A stretch of 64,000 nucleotides of DNA from the human T2T-CHM13v2.0 reference genome, Homo sapiens (GCF_009914755.1 NC_060932.1); one strand, 5' to 3'; shown: positions 13,349 to 26,824, numbered from the stretch's first letter. The notes: generated by a model from the sequence alone, not told the origin. Translations and numbers: made by a program.

Positions 13349-14930
13349 TGAGGAGAGAAGACGATGGTGTGACAGATGGTGAGAGAATTGGCAGTTGGCA
13401 GTCGGCAAGGCAAAGGCAAAGGTAAGAGAGGAGAAGAGACAGTGATCGGTGAGAGGATGACTAGAGAAGCGATGAGCAGAGAGATGGAGCAAGATGGTGA
13501 TAGAGAGAGATGGTAAAGCAGTCGGTGACCGAGGCTGCAAGAGCTGTAACACTGTGGCTATAATATCAAAGAGCTGTTAACATTGCAAGAGCTATAACAT
13601 TAACCAAAGCCTCTTTTTAGAGCTATCATTTTTCCTAGCAGGCAGCAGAGCTGAGTGAATGGGAAAGTGGCTGTAGTGCCACTGCCTTGTAGGAGACCCA
13701 CTGCTCTGACCCACAGGCAGATGGGTTACCAGTTTGGTGGCAGCCTCTCCCACCACGACAGCCGAGTCCACCCAAACTGGGGAACCTGAAGAGAACTTTA
13801 CCAGCGTCCCACATGGATGATCAGTTGCTGTCATTTTGGCTCCTGTGGAGGGGTGAGTATACCCTCTATCTCCCCCCACATCCCAAATAATATTGGGTGA
13901 GACAGGAAACAAAAGCCTTTAGCTAAGCAGTCAGTTAAAAGTTTCCTGTCATTTGGGTGCCCTGAAGCATGTCTTTGTCACCCCTTTTCTTGTTCCTTTC
14001 TCTGATTCCATTTTATTGCTCTATCAGTCATTCTATTTTAAGTCATAAAATGTGTGATTTAATTGCAGTTTTTTTTTTTGTTTGTTTCTTTTGACTTCCT
14101 GTTAACTGTATTTGGGAAATTGTTTAAGGCAGGATGCTTGCTTGTGAGAGGTCTCCTCTTGTGTTGACTCTGAGATGCCAGAGTCACGTTGCTTCGTGAC
14201 ACCAATTTGAACTGGGGTTCACTGTTGGCACCCCATGGCTGCCCCAGGATTGTTGGCATTTGGTGAGGAGACCCTCATTGATTGACACTCAGGTACTCCA
14301 GGTGTTTGGGCATTGGTACTGTCGGCCACGCCTTAGATGCTCTGGGATTTTCAGCATGAACATTCCCTCTAGGATTGTGAGTTACAGCCCCTTCCTCTAG
14401 GGGAATCTTGGCCTTTCCTTTTCTGACCTGGAGTTAGGGGTCATTATTTTCCTAATAGCCAGTTCCAGACCCCTTCCTGTGTATTGTCTTACAACGACTT
14501 TGGTCAAGCCCATCTTTGTCAAAGGAACCAAGAGTTCCTGGACCCCTGGACTGATAGCTGACCACCTACAGCAGTAGACAAGTGGCCACTCGAACATTGT
14601 TTTTGTTGGCTCCGCTACCGGGTAGGTCCTCCAGCAAGTAGGGACTTCTGACATCTCCCCTTGGGAAATGCTCTTCACCCCTTTGCTTTCTCCTTTCCAC
14701 AGTCACCATTTCTTTAACCCCTTTCTGCCCAACCTAAGATGCTTTCCTCACTCTGGAATTTAGGCTCAACATTCTACTGCCCTTTTGCTTCTTGTGATCC
14801 ACTTCTGTAACATTTTTGCTGTCCATATTTACACCTTCTTTGTAGAAAGTAGAAATTTAGAAGGGAAAAGTAACTAGGCATTCATTAAACTCAGGCTAAG
14901 TGAAACCCCCTGTAAAGATTCTTACTAGAC

Positions 14931-16560
14931 CCGGGGATAACAGTGAGCATCCCAAGAGACTCATTATTGGAGTGCCTTTTAGGCAATTGGAGTAAATTCA
15001 AAGTAGACAAATTGAATAAGAAAAAAATATTTTTTATTGCAACAATGTATGGGTTCAATACAAATTGGCGAACCAACAGATCTGGCCTAGGCATAGTTCT
15101 TTACATTATGATATGGCACAATTAGATTTGTTCTGTACAAAGGAAGAAAAATGAAAAGAAGTTTCTTATGTGCAGACTTTTATGGCCCTACATGAGCAAC
15201 CTAACCTAAGGGCTAGCTGTAGAATGTGTCTGGCTTATGATACTCTCAGGTACCCAGAAGCCACACCAGATATCCTAGATTACTCCCTCCTAGATCCTCT
15301 TCCTAGGAGGTCTGCAGTGCCCCCTTTAGAGCCTCCTCAGTCTCCCTAATTCTGAGGGGGACCATCAGTTGTGTAGCTCAGGATTATACTCCAATATCAT
15401 CAAATTCCCCTCCCCCTTAACCTATAATCCCTGACCAATGTCCTCCACTACTGGAGGAAGTAAGCCCAACTAGTCCTACCAGGAGTGGGGCCCCATATCA
15501 ACCCCCAAAGTCAAGCCTGTGTCCTTTGCAGCAGGTAGCTGAGAGAGAGGGAGAAACAATAAAAGTATATGCAACTTTTTCCATGTCCAGTTTGGCTTTA
15601 TGCAAGGGGAAATTTGGTCAGTTTTCAGAGGATCCAGGGAAGTTTGTGGAGGAGATTATTAAGTTGCCCATATCTTTTGATTTAACTTGGCATGACCTGC
15701 AAATATTATTATGTGCTTGTTGTACCATAGAGGAAACACAAATAATTCTAGGTACTACCCATGAAACTGCAGCTGGAGTAGCCACTTGTAACCCAGGCCA
15801 TGACGTTTACTGTGTGGAAGCAGATGCAGTTCCAGATCTAGATCCCCAATAAGATTATCAGAGGGGTCCCCAAGATCTCAAATGCAGAAATCACATGCTG
15901 ACTTGTTTAACAGAAGTTATGAAAATGTGTATGGTTAAGTCCATTTATTATGACACGTGAGATAAATAACTCAGAAGAAAGGTAAACATCCCATTCTATT
16001 TCAGGGCCATTTGATTGAAGCACTCAAGAAATATACTAATACAGACCAAGACTTCCTGGAAGGATGAGCTCTCCTGGGTGTGCATTTTATTACTCAATCT
16101 GCCTACGACATTTGGAGGAAGCTACAAAAGGTAGCAATGGGACCCCAAACCCCCCTGAGCCAAATCTCAGACAGTGCCCTGGGGACAGGGCAGAGGAAAA
16201 GGTGAAAATCAAAAGAATTGGCCAAAAAGCACAATTCTTAGTGGCTGCTTTAGGCTCCCTGCTGCCTTGGGGTTGCCTACCCTGAGGAAATGTGGTGAGA
16301 TCAGCATCTGGGATGCTCAGACAAGAGCCCTCAAATTGCTGGCTTCTAGGCCAAACTCAGTGTACTTCTATAAGGTAGGTAGAGGGGCACTGGAGGAAGG
16401 ACTGCTCCAGGTTTAAAAGGGAGTCTAAGCAGGAGGCTTAGGCACGAGAATTGCTTGAACCCAGGATGTGAAGTTTGCAGTGAGCCAAGATTGCACCACC
16501 ACAATCCAGCCTGGGTGACAAAAAAAAAAAAGTCTAAGCCATCCAGACCCATAATACCCA
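14931..16560 (+). pseudogene. gag: Degenerate class I ERV gag
   Basis: MA-like SIPRDSLLECLLGNWSKF; CA-like FGQFSEDPGKFVEE...LTWHDLQILL; decayed zinc knuckle GHWRKDC; stops and frameshifts. Confidence 0.85.
16431..16530 (+). mobile_element. 5'-truncated Alu inserted in gag
   Basis: Alu right-arm part plus poly-A; TSD agtctaagc at 16422-16430 and 16531-16539. Confidence 0.88.
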
Positions 16561-16599
16561 AGAAAGCAGAGGATCCATGGAGACCAACGTCCTCCACAG

Positions 16600-17358
16600 A
16601 TACTACTGGACACCTTACCATCTCCACAGAGGAGTCTCAGGTAAGTTTTTATATGGCAGGCAAAAATATTGAGTTCTTATTCGACATGAGAGCAGCCTAC
16701 TCAGTTTTTACCCATTTCTAAGGCCTGCAGTCTTTCCACTCTTGTATGGTAACAGGGATTGATGGCCAGCCAAAAATGAGGAGATTTACCCAACCCCTTG
16801 GTTGTCCTTTGGGGATACCATACATTTTTCCACAAGTTTTTGCTTATACCTGTATGCCCTGTCCCTATACTGCAGAGAGACTTACTTTCCCCATTACAGG
16901 CCATAGTTCAATTTGGTCTGACTCATGAAAAGGCAGTAGGCCAGGACTAGACACTACTCCTAGCTGTAAGTACTAGCCTTAACACAGACAAGAAGAAGAG
17001 CTCCCTTCCATGGAAAATTGCTTCTTAGGTAGACCCCTCTGTCTGAGACATGGAAGTCCCTGGTAGAGCTGTTAATGTACCCCCAGGCCAGGTTATTTTA
17101 AAACCCAGTGTTAATTACCCATGGAAGATATAGTATCCTTTGAGACCTGAGGCTCAGAAGGACAACCAGCCCTTGATAATGAAGTTCCTAAGTATGAATT
17201 ATCACAATTCTGTCAGTCTCCATGTAACACCTCCATTTTATCTGTAAAGAAACCAAATGTAGAATATAGATTTGTTAAGGATCTGAGAGCAGTTAATGAG
17301 ACAGTAGTCACAGTCTACCTAGTAGTTCCTAATCCTTATACAATATTGACCCAAGTCA
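16600..17358 (+). pseudogene. pol: Degenerate ERV protease and RT N-terminus
   Basis: IEFLFDMRAAYSV (decayed DTGA); SPCNTSILSVKKPNVEYRFVKDLRAVN...PNPYTILTQV; ends abruptly. Confidence 0.85.
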
Positions 17359-18290
17359 ATAGGGGTCTGAGTACTTTGGGATTATTGTGGTTAGTTAGGA
17401 AGTCTAGGGAGATGGCTGTGAGATTCCCTGGATAGGCCTGAAGGTGGAACCTTCTATCTTGCGGATGTTGATGACAAATCTGACACCATGAAGATGACTC
17501 TCTGATGCTATAAGTTTTGAAATATTTACTATAGGGTTTGTTCCCACCCATACTAGATCAAGGTAATTGGCAGAGCAAGCAAGATTAACAGTGACAGCTT
17601 GGTGTCTGGTTGGGCCTTAGAGTAGCCTCTATACCCAACAAAGGCAAAAGAGGTGTTTCCTTGGAGGGGGCAGTTGACTAACACAATAGAAAGTAAGTAT
17701 TGCAATAAGGAAAAAGAAAAATTAATGCTCCCATTCCCACCCACAGCATCATGGTTATCACTTCTGGCTGAGTGTTGATTCTTTTAAACAGGTAACAGAG
17801 GTCTTCAAAGGTTCACAATGTAGGTCGTGATGCCCTCCTTTTTGTTCCTGCAACTCATAAGAAACAGGTTTTATCCTGGATAGGTGTACCAAATTAGTTA
17901 CCCCTTTAGTTTAACAGCAGTGCAAATATGCAACGATGTGTGATATGGGCCCTTCCATGTCAGTTGTAATTGATCATCAGGGGATTCTTGTTTCCAAGTT
18001 TTCAGTAAGATTATGTCTCCTGGTTGAATTGGGGGGGTGGATGTTAATTCTTTCCTTTGTAGGTGGGAACTATATTTTATTTCCATATGATTGAAGGGCC
18101 TTTTGGTGCTGGCCTAAGGTGATAATATGGGTGGGCATTCTATGTGTGTCCTCATTAAACAGGAGGTCTACAGTTAAAAAGGGCCTACCGTAAGTCATTT
18201 CAAATAGACTAAGTTTTAGAGTTCCCTTCAGAGCCATTCTCACACGTAAAAGGTCTATGTGTAAAGGAGAGACCCAGGCCTCTGAAGTTA
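17359..18290 (-). pseudogene. Inverted ERV segment: integrase C-terminus plus env N-terminus
   Basis: Minus-strand SLFEMTYGRPFL, QPGDIILLKTW...WKGPY (GPY/F) and env-like CQICHQHP (CxxC). Confidence 0.8.
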
Positions 18291-19999
18291 AATTGCCTCA
18301 AAAGGCTTTGAGAAAACAAGAAAGCTAAGTTGATGTCTTTGGGTTTGTGATTTCAAGGAATCACCAACCCAAGCGAATTAGGGGAGCCAGGCCTAGAAGG
18401 TACCCTGGGAGTCATCATGAGAAAATCCTGGAATGGGTATACAAGAACACAGGGCAGGAAGCTGGGTCTGTACTAAGACCGCCCATTCCATCCAGAGACT
18501 TATGTGCTCTGGCTGGCTTAAACTACAAGTTATTGGAATTCACCTGGATGAGGAATGTCCTTACCTTAAGTCAGGATGGAATACTTACTGAGAGTGGTTT
18601 TTATAAAAGTAAATATTATTTCTTCTCAAGCATCTGAATATAATTTAACATATGGTGAACGGACTTTTTCTTCTGGTTTCTTGGAAGAATTGATTTGCTT
18701 TAAATGATGAAATGTTATACCAGTAGCAGCTCACAATTGCACAACTGGGACTGTTAATTGGGATTAGTGAAATAATTTAGGGGGATCTCATCCTAGTCTC
18801 AACCAACTAGAAAAATCTCTTCTCCAGCCATTATTATTGTTGTTGCACTCTTGTCGGATGACCACTTTTCTATTTCACTGATGCACCCCCTTCCAATTAC
18901 CGTTGCTACTTTTTTGTTGTTTTCTCCGAGTTTCTACGTTATTACTACTCAATAGGGTTGAGGTTTTCCTCAGCACTTTTCTGAATAAGAAACCTCAGTT
19001 TACTGTGAGAAGCTTAATAATAGGAAAATTGAGCTCGCAGAGAGCACTTTTCAGCTTTCCGATGCTTAATGTTGTTTGTCAGGTTCTCACTAGATGAATA
19101 TGATGAGGCTTTTAAAACCCATTAGCTTTCCAAGAGCATTCCCTTTTCTTCCTTGGATTCAGATCATTTTCACACTGTTTTCTTCCAGGAGTGGCACCAG
19201 TAACAAGGGAATCAGCTCTAAACTGAGTTCCTGAAATTAAGCTCATTAGAAACATTCTTCTCTTAGTAAACCTTGATTTTATATCCAGCTATTTACAGAA
19301 ATCTCAATTTCAGCTTTTCTCAGATACAATTTTTATCAAAATCTGGATAATACTTCATCTATACTTTCAGTCTCATAAATTATGTTATATTTAAAAGCAT
19401 TGAGAGTAAAAGCACTTTCCTCTTGTGAAGAAGTTACGACTGTATTTTTAGAACATGGAGTTTAAGAATATTATAATAAAGGAAGTAGAATTACTTTTAA
19501 AAGATTATGACTAATGATCTTTACAAAATCTAAATGGAATACTTTGTTGTGACGTTCAGTTGTCTTTCATGTTCATATAGTTTGCTATTAATTGTGTAGG
19601 AGGGTCATATTGTCATAATAAGTGACTGAGGGACAGTATGTTATAATATTAAGCAGACCAGGAAAGTGTTCTACTGCCCTTGGAAAATGAACGTATGCTA
19701 CATATGCGATGGTGACCTTAACGTGTGTACATTTGTAAACGTACAGTTTAAGATTGCTTTTGAAATACATATTTTTGGAGTATTAGTTACATGAAAGTCA
19801 AAAGTTAAATGCAAAATTTCATGGAGGGGCTTCCCGTCCATTCTGTAATGCCGAGACTTCTCTCCTCTGTTCAGCTAGGATATTCTAGACTTTCTGGTAC
19901 ATTCTGATTATATATTATGGTAGTAAAAGTACCCACATGAGAATTATACAAATTTGATTCTCACGTGAACCATCTGTATAGGTTATTTTCATACAGACC

Positions 20000-20175
20000 A
20001 TGTGGTAGGTTATGTTAACTCTGTAAGCCTCAACTTCCCCATAAGGGGAATTGGGGTGATCATGTTCACCTCACAGTTTCATTATACAGATAGATGGCAG
20101 AATATTTAAAGCTTATATTAATAGGCAGCCACTCTTATATTCAGTACCTAAAATATTGTAGTTGCTTAAATATGT
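20000..20175 (+). mobile_element. MIR fragment
   Basis: gttaactctgtaagcctcaacttccccataaggggaat...cacctcacag. Confidence 0.5.
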
Positions 20176-20444
20176 CTATGGACTTGAATATTGTAGGCAG
20201 CACACAACTTTATGCCCATATTTTTTTTTACAATATAGCTAAAAGTATTTCTGAAGTTTTATTTCAAGTATCTGTGATTTACAGATTACCTAGAGGTGGC
20301 ATTCCTAACATATAGATGAGTATACTCATTACATCCTGAAAGTTTATTCAGTATATTCCCACATAAATTTGATACAAACTGTGGTTAAATTTCTAGATTA
20401 CATCACAGAAAACTATAGCATCCATAAAATAGCTGAAATCATAT

Positions 20445-21094
20445 TGTTACAGTAGGTGGCTAGTAAGACATGAGGAGGGCAGGAGAGAGGGCCACCCCTT
20501 GCCCAACCACGAATGTCAGGTGACCATCAGGTGATGATCAGACAGCTGTTAAGCTGTCTCTCTAAGATAATAATTGGTTGCAGCTGGCGCCAGGACAAGT
20601 CAGTGTTTCAATAGAGAGATAAAACCTGAAGCTGGTGATCATAAGCTTCCCAGTAAGATCTCAGGAGTCGGGCCAATGGGCTCAAGCATCCACACTAAGA
20701 GGCAAAATGGTGGTTTAAGCACTTGACTGGTAAGAGAAAAAGGACTCAATTGTGCATGTGGGTCCTCCCAAGTGCTGACAGTCCACTGTGCATGCAGACA
20801 GCCCACCCCAAGGGAAGAATTAGAGGAGAAGGAATGCAAGACCCTAGAAGCATGACAATGTCTAAAACCCCAGTTCAAAGGTCAAACAATGCACTTGAAT
20901 CTCTCAAGTCATTCACTTTGCCCTCTTCCAAGTGTTCTTTACTTCCTTTCATTCCTCCTCTAAAGCTTTTTAATAAACTTTCACTCCTGCTGTAAAACTT
21001 GCCTTAATCTCTCACTCTGCCTTTTACGCCCCTCTGTCTGAGGAGGCAAGAATTGAGGTTGCTGCAGGCCTGTACCGATTTGCCATCACTAACA
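20445..21094 (+). mobile_element. MER50-like solo LTR
   Basis: TG...CA ends; caggtgaccatcaggtgatg...ctaagaggcaaaatgg; aataaactttcactcc. Confidence 0.8.
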
Positions 21095-21371
21095 ATGGTA
21101 GTCTACCTAATGCACCAAATCCATTAATCTTGAGAGCCCTAGTTTACTGTGAGTATATATGCCTTGAAGGTTTAGCTAACCCTGATGACCACTGAGCCCT
21201 CGTGGATATGGTTTTCCTCCTTGAGATTATGAGTGCAGCAAAGTGCTCTGGAGAAATTGGTAAGAGAGAAGGAAGAAGAAAGAAAACTTCAACAGAACAC
21301 CTACTGGAAGAAATTTGGAGACTGTTGAGAAAGGGTCTGAGCAAAGGTAGAACTAATTTAAAAGAATTATA

Positions 21372-21840
21372 TTATACACCCATGTTCATAGCAGCATTGT
21401 TCAAAGTAGCCAAAAGATGGAAGCAACTCAAGTTTTCATCAACAGATGAATGCATAAACAAAATGTACTGTATATACATACAATGAACTATTACTCAACC
21501 TTAGAAAGGAAAAGGATTCTGACACATGCTACAACACAGGTGAAATTTGAAGACATTATGCTAAGTGAAATAAATCAATGGTGAAAAGAAATGCTGTATG
21601 ATTTCACTTACATAAGGTATGAAGAGTAGTCAAATTCATAGAGACAGAGAGTAAAATTGGGGTAGTTTGGAAAGGAAGAGGAGGTTGGATAATTCCCGTT
21701 TAAAGGGAATGGAATTTCAGTTTTGCAAGATGAAAAGAGTTCTGGAGATTGGTTGCATGAAAATGTGAATTTACTTAACGCTACTGTACACTTAAAAATA
21801 GTTGATAAAATTGTACGTGTATCTTATCAAAATTTTTTAA
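21372..21840 (+). mobile_element. L1MB 3' end
   Basis: TPMFIAALFKVAKRWKQ ORF2 C-terminal remnant plus L1MB 3' UTR. Confidence 0.8.
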
Positions 21841-21991
21841 AACTAGAAAAGTGGATCCTAGTACTAAGAAAATAGGTCATTTATCTTGTTGGTCAACGTG
21901 CTTTGAGACTTCTGACAATTATTTAAGGTTCCCCTTGGGGACTACTTGATGGACAAGGGAGGGGTAAAAGGGTTGAAAAACTACCTATTGG

Positions 21992-22500
21992 TGTTACAGT
22001 AGGTAGCTAATCAGGCATGAGCAGGGCAGGGGAGGTCTCCCCCACCCACCCAGGAATGTCAGGCAACCGTCAGGTAGGTGATGGTCAGTTGGTCATTAAA
22101 CTATAAACTATCTCTCTAAAATAATAACTGGTCACAGCCAGCACCAGGGAAAGGCAGTCTTCCAATAGATAGAAAACAGCTCAAGTTGGTGATCAGCAGC
22201 TTCCCGATGAGATCTCAGGTTGGGCAAATGGGCTCATGCATTTGCACTAAGAGGCAAAATGGTGGAGTTTAACTGAAATGTGACCCTTCTCTATGAACAT
22301 TCAACTAGTAAGGGAAGAACACCTCAAGTGAGCATGTGTACAAGTCCAGTAAACACACTGCGCATGCGGCTACTCCCAGGTGCTGGTAGGCCACTGCACA
22401 TGCAAGGCAGCCCACTCAAAGGAAAGAATCAGGGAAGGAGGGATGCAACACCCCAGAAGCATACCAACATATAAAACCCTAAGTCCACAGGTCAAACTGC
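21992..22500 (+). mobile_element. Second MER50-like LTR, 3'-truncated
   Basis: tgttacagtaggtagctaatcaggcatgagc, homologous to 20445 onward; follows a short L1P 3' UTR piece (about 21935-21991). Confidence 0.8.
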
Positions 22501-22712
22501 AGGTCACAGAGAAACCTGAAAAACTGAATTCCCAGCCATAAACAGGAAGGGAGATTGGACAGGCCTCACTACAGCCTCTCCCTTTTTTAGTTTAGGCACA
22601 AATGCCCAGCATTAACATTAAAGCAGAGATCCTAAGACTGACTAAACAGATTCCATGGCAATAAGATACCAAATTCCAATCTGACTCTGATATAGCATCA
22701 CATGACAACATA

Positions 22713-23347
22713 GTGATACAGGAGGTAGAAAACAATTATTTGGGCAGATAGTGAGGGCGAAAGAGTCCTCTGAAGAATTCTTTCCTAACAAAAAGCAGCC
22801 CCCAAAATCATTTGTTTTCTAACAAAATCAGCCTGAAAAATTGAGCTGCAAACCTAGAAGAGCAAGCTGGAAGTTTGCACAGGGAAATGCCAGCAGCTGC
22901 ACCAACAGAAAAAGGCTACCTGGGGGCCAGGGATGTCCAACATGGAGGCTCCATCTTCCCTTTTTTTTTGTTACCACATGTACAGTAATAAAGAAATGGG
23001 CAGTATGGTGCAGCTCAGGCAAAAAACCCACCTGCATAATAAAAGATTAGGGTGGGGGCTACCAGAGATTTGTACCCTATGCAAATGACACAACTGGTTT
23101 AACCAGTTTTTCACGCCCTATGTAAATCAGACACCACATCACCACTAGCTCATCTATAAAACCCCCTGCATTTCACCGCAGATTCGGCAATTCATTTTTC
23201 CAGGACCCCCTCTCTGCAGCAGGGAACTATTCTCTTTCTTTCACCTATTATACTTTCAACCTCATTCTTTGTGTGTTCATGTCCTTGTTCTCCATGGCCA
23301 TGCAACAACAAACCTCAGGTGTTACTCCCGACAACAAGGCTGCTTCA
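22713..23347 (+). mobile_element. MER51-like solo LTR nested in MER4
   Basis: tgatacaggag...aaggctgcttca; flanks atag/ataa. Confidence 0.75.
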
Positions 23348-23530
23348 ATAACAGAACCCCAAAGACAAAAATATTTTACCCCAACATATATTTCTTTGAC
23401 ATATTTTGAAATGACTCCTGCAAAGCTGTCTTTTGTGGGGGAAATTTGCATCTGTAGAGAATCTCAATTAATGCAACCAGGCCTTCCCTTTCTAGGCCTT
23501 TTTCATATGCACTTTTTAAGTCACTTTTTT

Positions 23531-23605
23531 CAGTCACTTTTTTCTTATTTTTTTAGTGTAATAATCATTTGTTGATGGCTCTAGGCTTTCTTATGTCTCT
23601 TGAGA
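23531..23605 (+). repeat. 75-bp direct copy of 25899-25973
   Basis: 72/75 identical by direct comparison. Confidence 0.95.
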
Positions 23606-25689
23606 CCTAAGAGAGTTTAAATGAGAGGCTGACACTTTTAATGTCTGAAAAGAGACATTTACGATCTATCCTCTCTGAAGACTGTTAACCAATGAGGCTT
23701 TCTCTGCATAACAAGAACCTTGGCCTCCACAACCTCCTTTATCTTCACTCAAGCATTTCTACTGACTTCAATCTTTAGACAAATCTTAACTCTTTCAACC
23801 AATTGCCAGTCAGAAAATCTTTGAATCCATCTATAACCTGTAACCATCCCCCTTGAAGATATCCCACCTCTAATCCTGAACCAATATATGCATACCTTCT
23901 ATGTGTTAATTTATGATTTTATCTACATTCATGTCTCCCTAAGAGGTATAAAACCAAACTAACCCAATTGCCTCAGGCACACTTTCTCAGGACCTCTTGA
24001 GAGCCATGGTCACTCATATTGGCTCAGAATAAACCTCTTTAAATATTTTAAGAGATTTTTTTTTAATCAACAAGAATTTTTTTAAAGTCTTACAGAACTA
24101 TCTGGTTGTTTAAAATATGTACATGTATAACTTTGTTAAAAATAAGAATATAGTTATCTAAAATATTAGAGCATTTATAGTACTATTGACCTTTACCAAA
24201 ATTATAGCTCTCTTACAGAAATTAAAGCGATTCTTACTTTTCATTTTGGAAAACAAATGTTTCCACCAATTTCTGGAGCTACTGGATGTTTGCCACCAAA
24301 CTAACTTCTAAATCCTCTGTCTCTCCTCACAGCAAATTTTCTTTACATAAGAAGACAAGGAATAGTAAACATGGGTAATTTAAAATAGAAATAATATAAT
24401 AACCTGTGATTAACAATGATATTAACATGGTGCCAATTGAAATTTCCTGGAAAATGTAAACAGCCAAGAACATACATCACAGATTATGTCTTGACAATTT
24501 GAGAAAACCCAATTAACACTCCTAATATTGTTTGATTCCATAGTAGATGTGTCTAGACATAGGAAGGGAAAGGAGGAAAAAAAGAAACAACAGTTAAATC
24601 TTGAGCTGTGAACAGTGATAAGTGTTATGGCATCCTGAATTGAAATATGCAAATGTGGAGGCTTTAGAATAGAAGAAGCCCAAGAAACTACCAAGTGTAA
24701 AGCCCTCGTGAAAGAATTCTAACACCCAAAGTAATGAGTTGACTTACCTGTACTGCTTCAATGAAAAACTAATTTTAAAATAAAGCATATTTATTTTCTG
24801 TAGTCCTTTATACAGAGACACACTTTAGGATTATAGACCAATTTCATCCCACTAGAGTAGAAAGGGATAGCAATTGATATGGGGAAGCAGAATTTCCACA
24901 AAAACTACAGGTTCTCAGGGTACAGTCATGTTTATCTGGCTGATCAAAGGACAAAAGTTCAGTAGAGTGTCCCAGTAGAGGCAGCAGCATGAGTTGGCTG
25001 CATCTCCTGTTGCCTCAGACCATCCTGGTGAGCTGGCTCTGTAATCTTACAGAGCCACCAGACTGTGGTCCTGCCTTCTACCTGCACTGCTGGGCAACCA
25101 AGGGCAGGACTAGGTTCTAGGGGAGGAATACCCAGGCAATGAAGGCCTGGAGCACTCCATGTAAAAATAATACAAATCCTTTAAAACAGCATATGTAAAA
25201 TAAATCACAACATATATATTAAACATACAATGGTGCTGAAAATTTGTAATATTCTACAGTTGTTAACTTTTATCAATTACCTAAGCTTTGTATCTAAAGC
25301 TTATAGGCCTTATTCTAAGAATGAGTCTGGTAGCCAAAGAACATTATTTTTTTACAGAATGGTTTGTGCTTGGAAGAGCCTGTGTCCCCAAATGTTTGTG
25401 TCCCCCAGAAATTCCTTTTCAAGGTGGTTCCTAAAGTCAAGTCTGCATTAACATCCATTCTTTTTGATTCCAGATTATTCACCCTGTCCACTTGCCTAAT
25501 TTATGTGTCTTTATAAAAAGACATTTACATATTCCAGAAGTATAAAGCACAGATTCAATTCCAAATGATAGTTCCATCTATATCTGTAACTATTCATTTT
25601 AAAATTTATCACAGACACCTAGCATTCAGCTCTATAAAATCTCTCTGCTTCTGATCTTTCAGATCAATGTTTTTTGGTTGATTTGTATG

Positions 25690-25900
25690 GTTCAGTTATA
25701 GAACAATGGCTTTGGTATCATATGGTCCTGCTAATTCTGACTGCTCCACTTACCATGTGAGAAACCTCCCTGAACCTCAGTTTACTTGTCTGTAAAATAG
25801 GGATAATAATATACCTAACTCAGAGTGCTGTTTTAAAAATTCTGTGAGGATCTGTTAAGAAGACAGCTAAGACAGTACACATGATAGGTATCCAAAAGCA
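25690..25900 (+). mobile_element. MIR
   Basis: ctccacttaccatgtgag...ctgaacctcagtttacttgtctgtaaaatagggataataatatacc. Confidence 0.75.
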
Positions 25901-26005
25901 GTCATATTTTTCTTATTTTTTTAGTGTAATAATCATTTGTTGATGGCTCTAGGCTTTCTTATGTTTCTTGAGAAGAAAAGGAATAAAGAATGAAGCCAGG
26001 TTTAA

Positions 26006-26824
26006 TGTAAATTTCATTATTATTCAGATATGGTGAGACCAATATATCAGAGATGATTGCCATTGAAAAGTAGTTTGTCAGTCACAGTTCCCAAAAGGTA
26101 GATCATGCTATGCCAGGCAGGAAAGCACCAGGTTTGGTGAGGAGACAGAGGGAAGAGAGGGTGGGGAATGTGAACAACAGCCTCTATCATGGTTTCCATG
26201 GGAAGGAATGGGTGAGGCAGGGTAAGCAGGTTTAGAAATTGTTTGGTTTGATCAATTTCAGTGAGCTGTGAGCTGTAGGAGCTGTCCTGAGCTGTCAGGG
26301 TACCTGGCCCTGCAGTGATTGGGGCAGGAAATATTAGTCCTCAGTGTAAGAGCCCGACACAGGAGGTGAAGGGTGTGTAGGTTCTGGACTGGTTGGTTTA
26401 CATATGAAAGGCACACTTCCAAGGATGAGCAGTTTAATATCTCTAGGAAGTGGCTGCCCTAAGAGGGTCAGTCTCTCCAGGTTTAGCAAGGCCCCAGATG
26501 ACAAAGCACCAGGAATAGAGAAAATAAAAAGGTTTGATTTCTCTTTTCCTTCCTTCCTTCCTTCCCTCCTTCCTTTTTCTTCTCCTTTCTTTTTGTTGAT
26601 ACAGAGTCTCACTCTGTCATCCAGGCTAGAGTGCAGTAGAGCAATCACAGCTCACTGCAGCCTCAAACTCCTGCGCTCCAGTGATCCCCCCACCTCAGCC
26701 TCCCAAGTAGCTGTGACTACAGGTACACATCACCACACCCAGTTATCTTTTTTTTTAATTGTTGTTATTTGTAGGGATGGGGTCTCCCTATGTTGCCCAG
26801 GCTGGAAAAGGGATGATTAATACA
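26006..26824 (-). mobile_element. MER54/MER74-like ERVL LTR with an AluJ fragment inserted (about 26545-26805)
   Basis: Minus strand tgtattaatc...tgctttgtcatctggggccttgctaaacctggagagactgacc...taca; antisense Alu with CCTT-rich tail. Confidence 0.7.

Larger units (their letters stand above)
22501..24072 (+). mobile_element. MER4-family LTR, interrupted by MER51 and a templated insertion
   Basis: aaatattttaccccaacatatatttctttgacatattttgaaatg...ggtcactcatattggctcagaataaacctctttaaatatttt...tcaaca. Confidence 0.75.

Noticed and set aside
20445-22500. Two MER50 LTRs as the ends of one provirus
   Set aside because: The DNA between them is unique sequence and L1, with no PBS or internal region, and the copies differ substantially.
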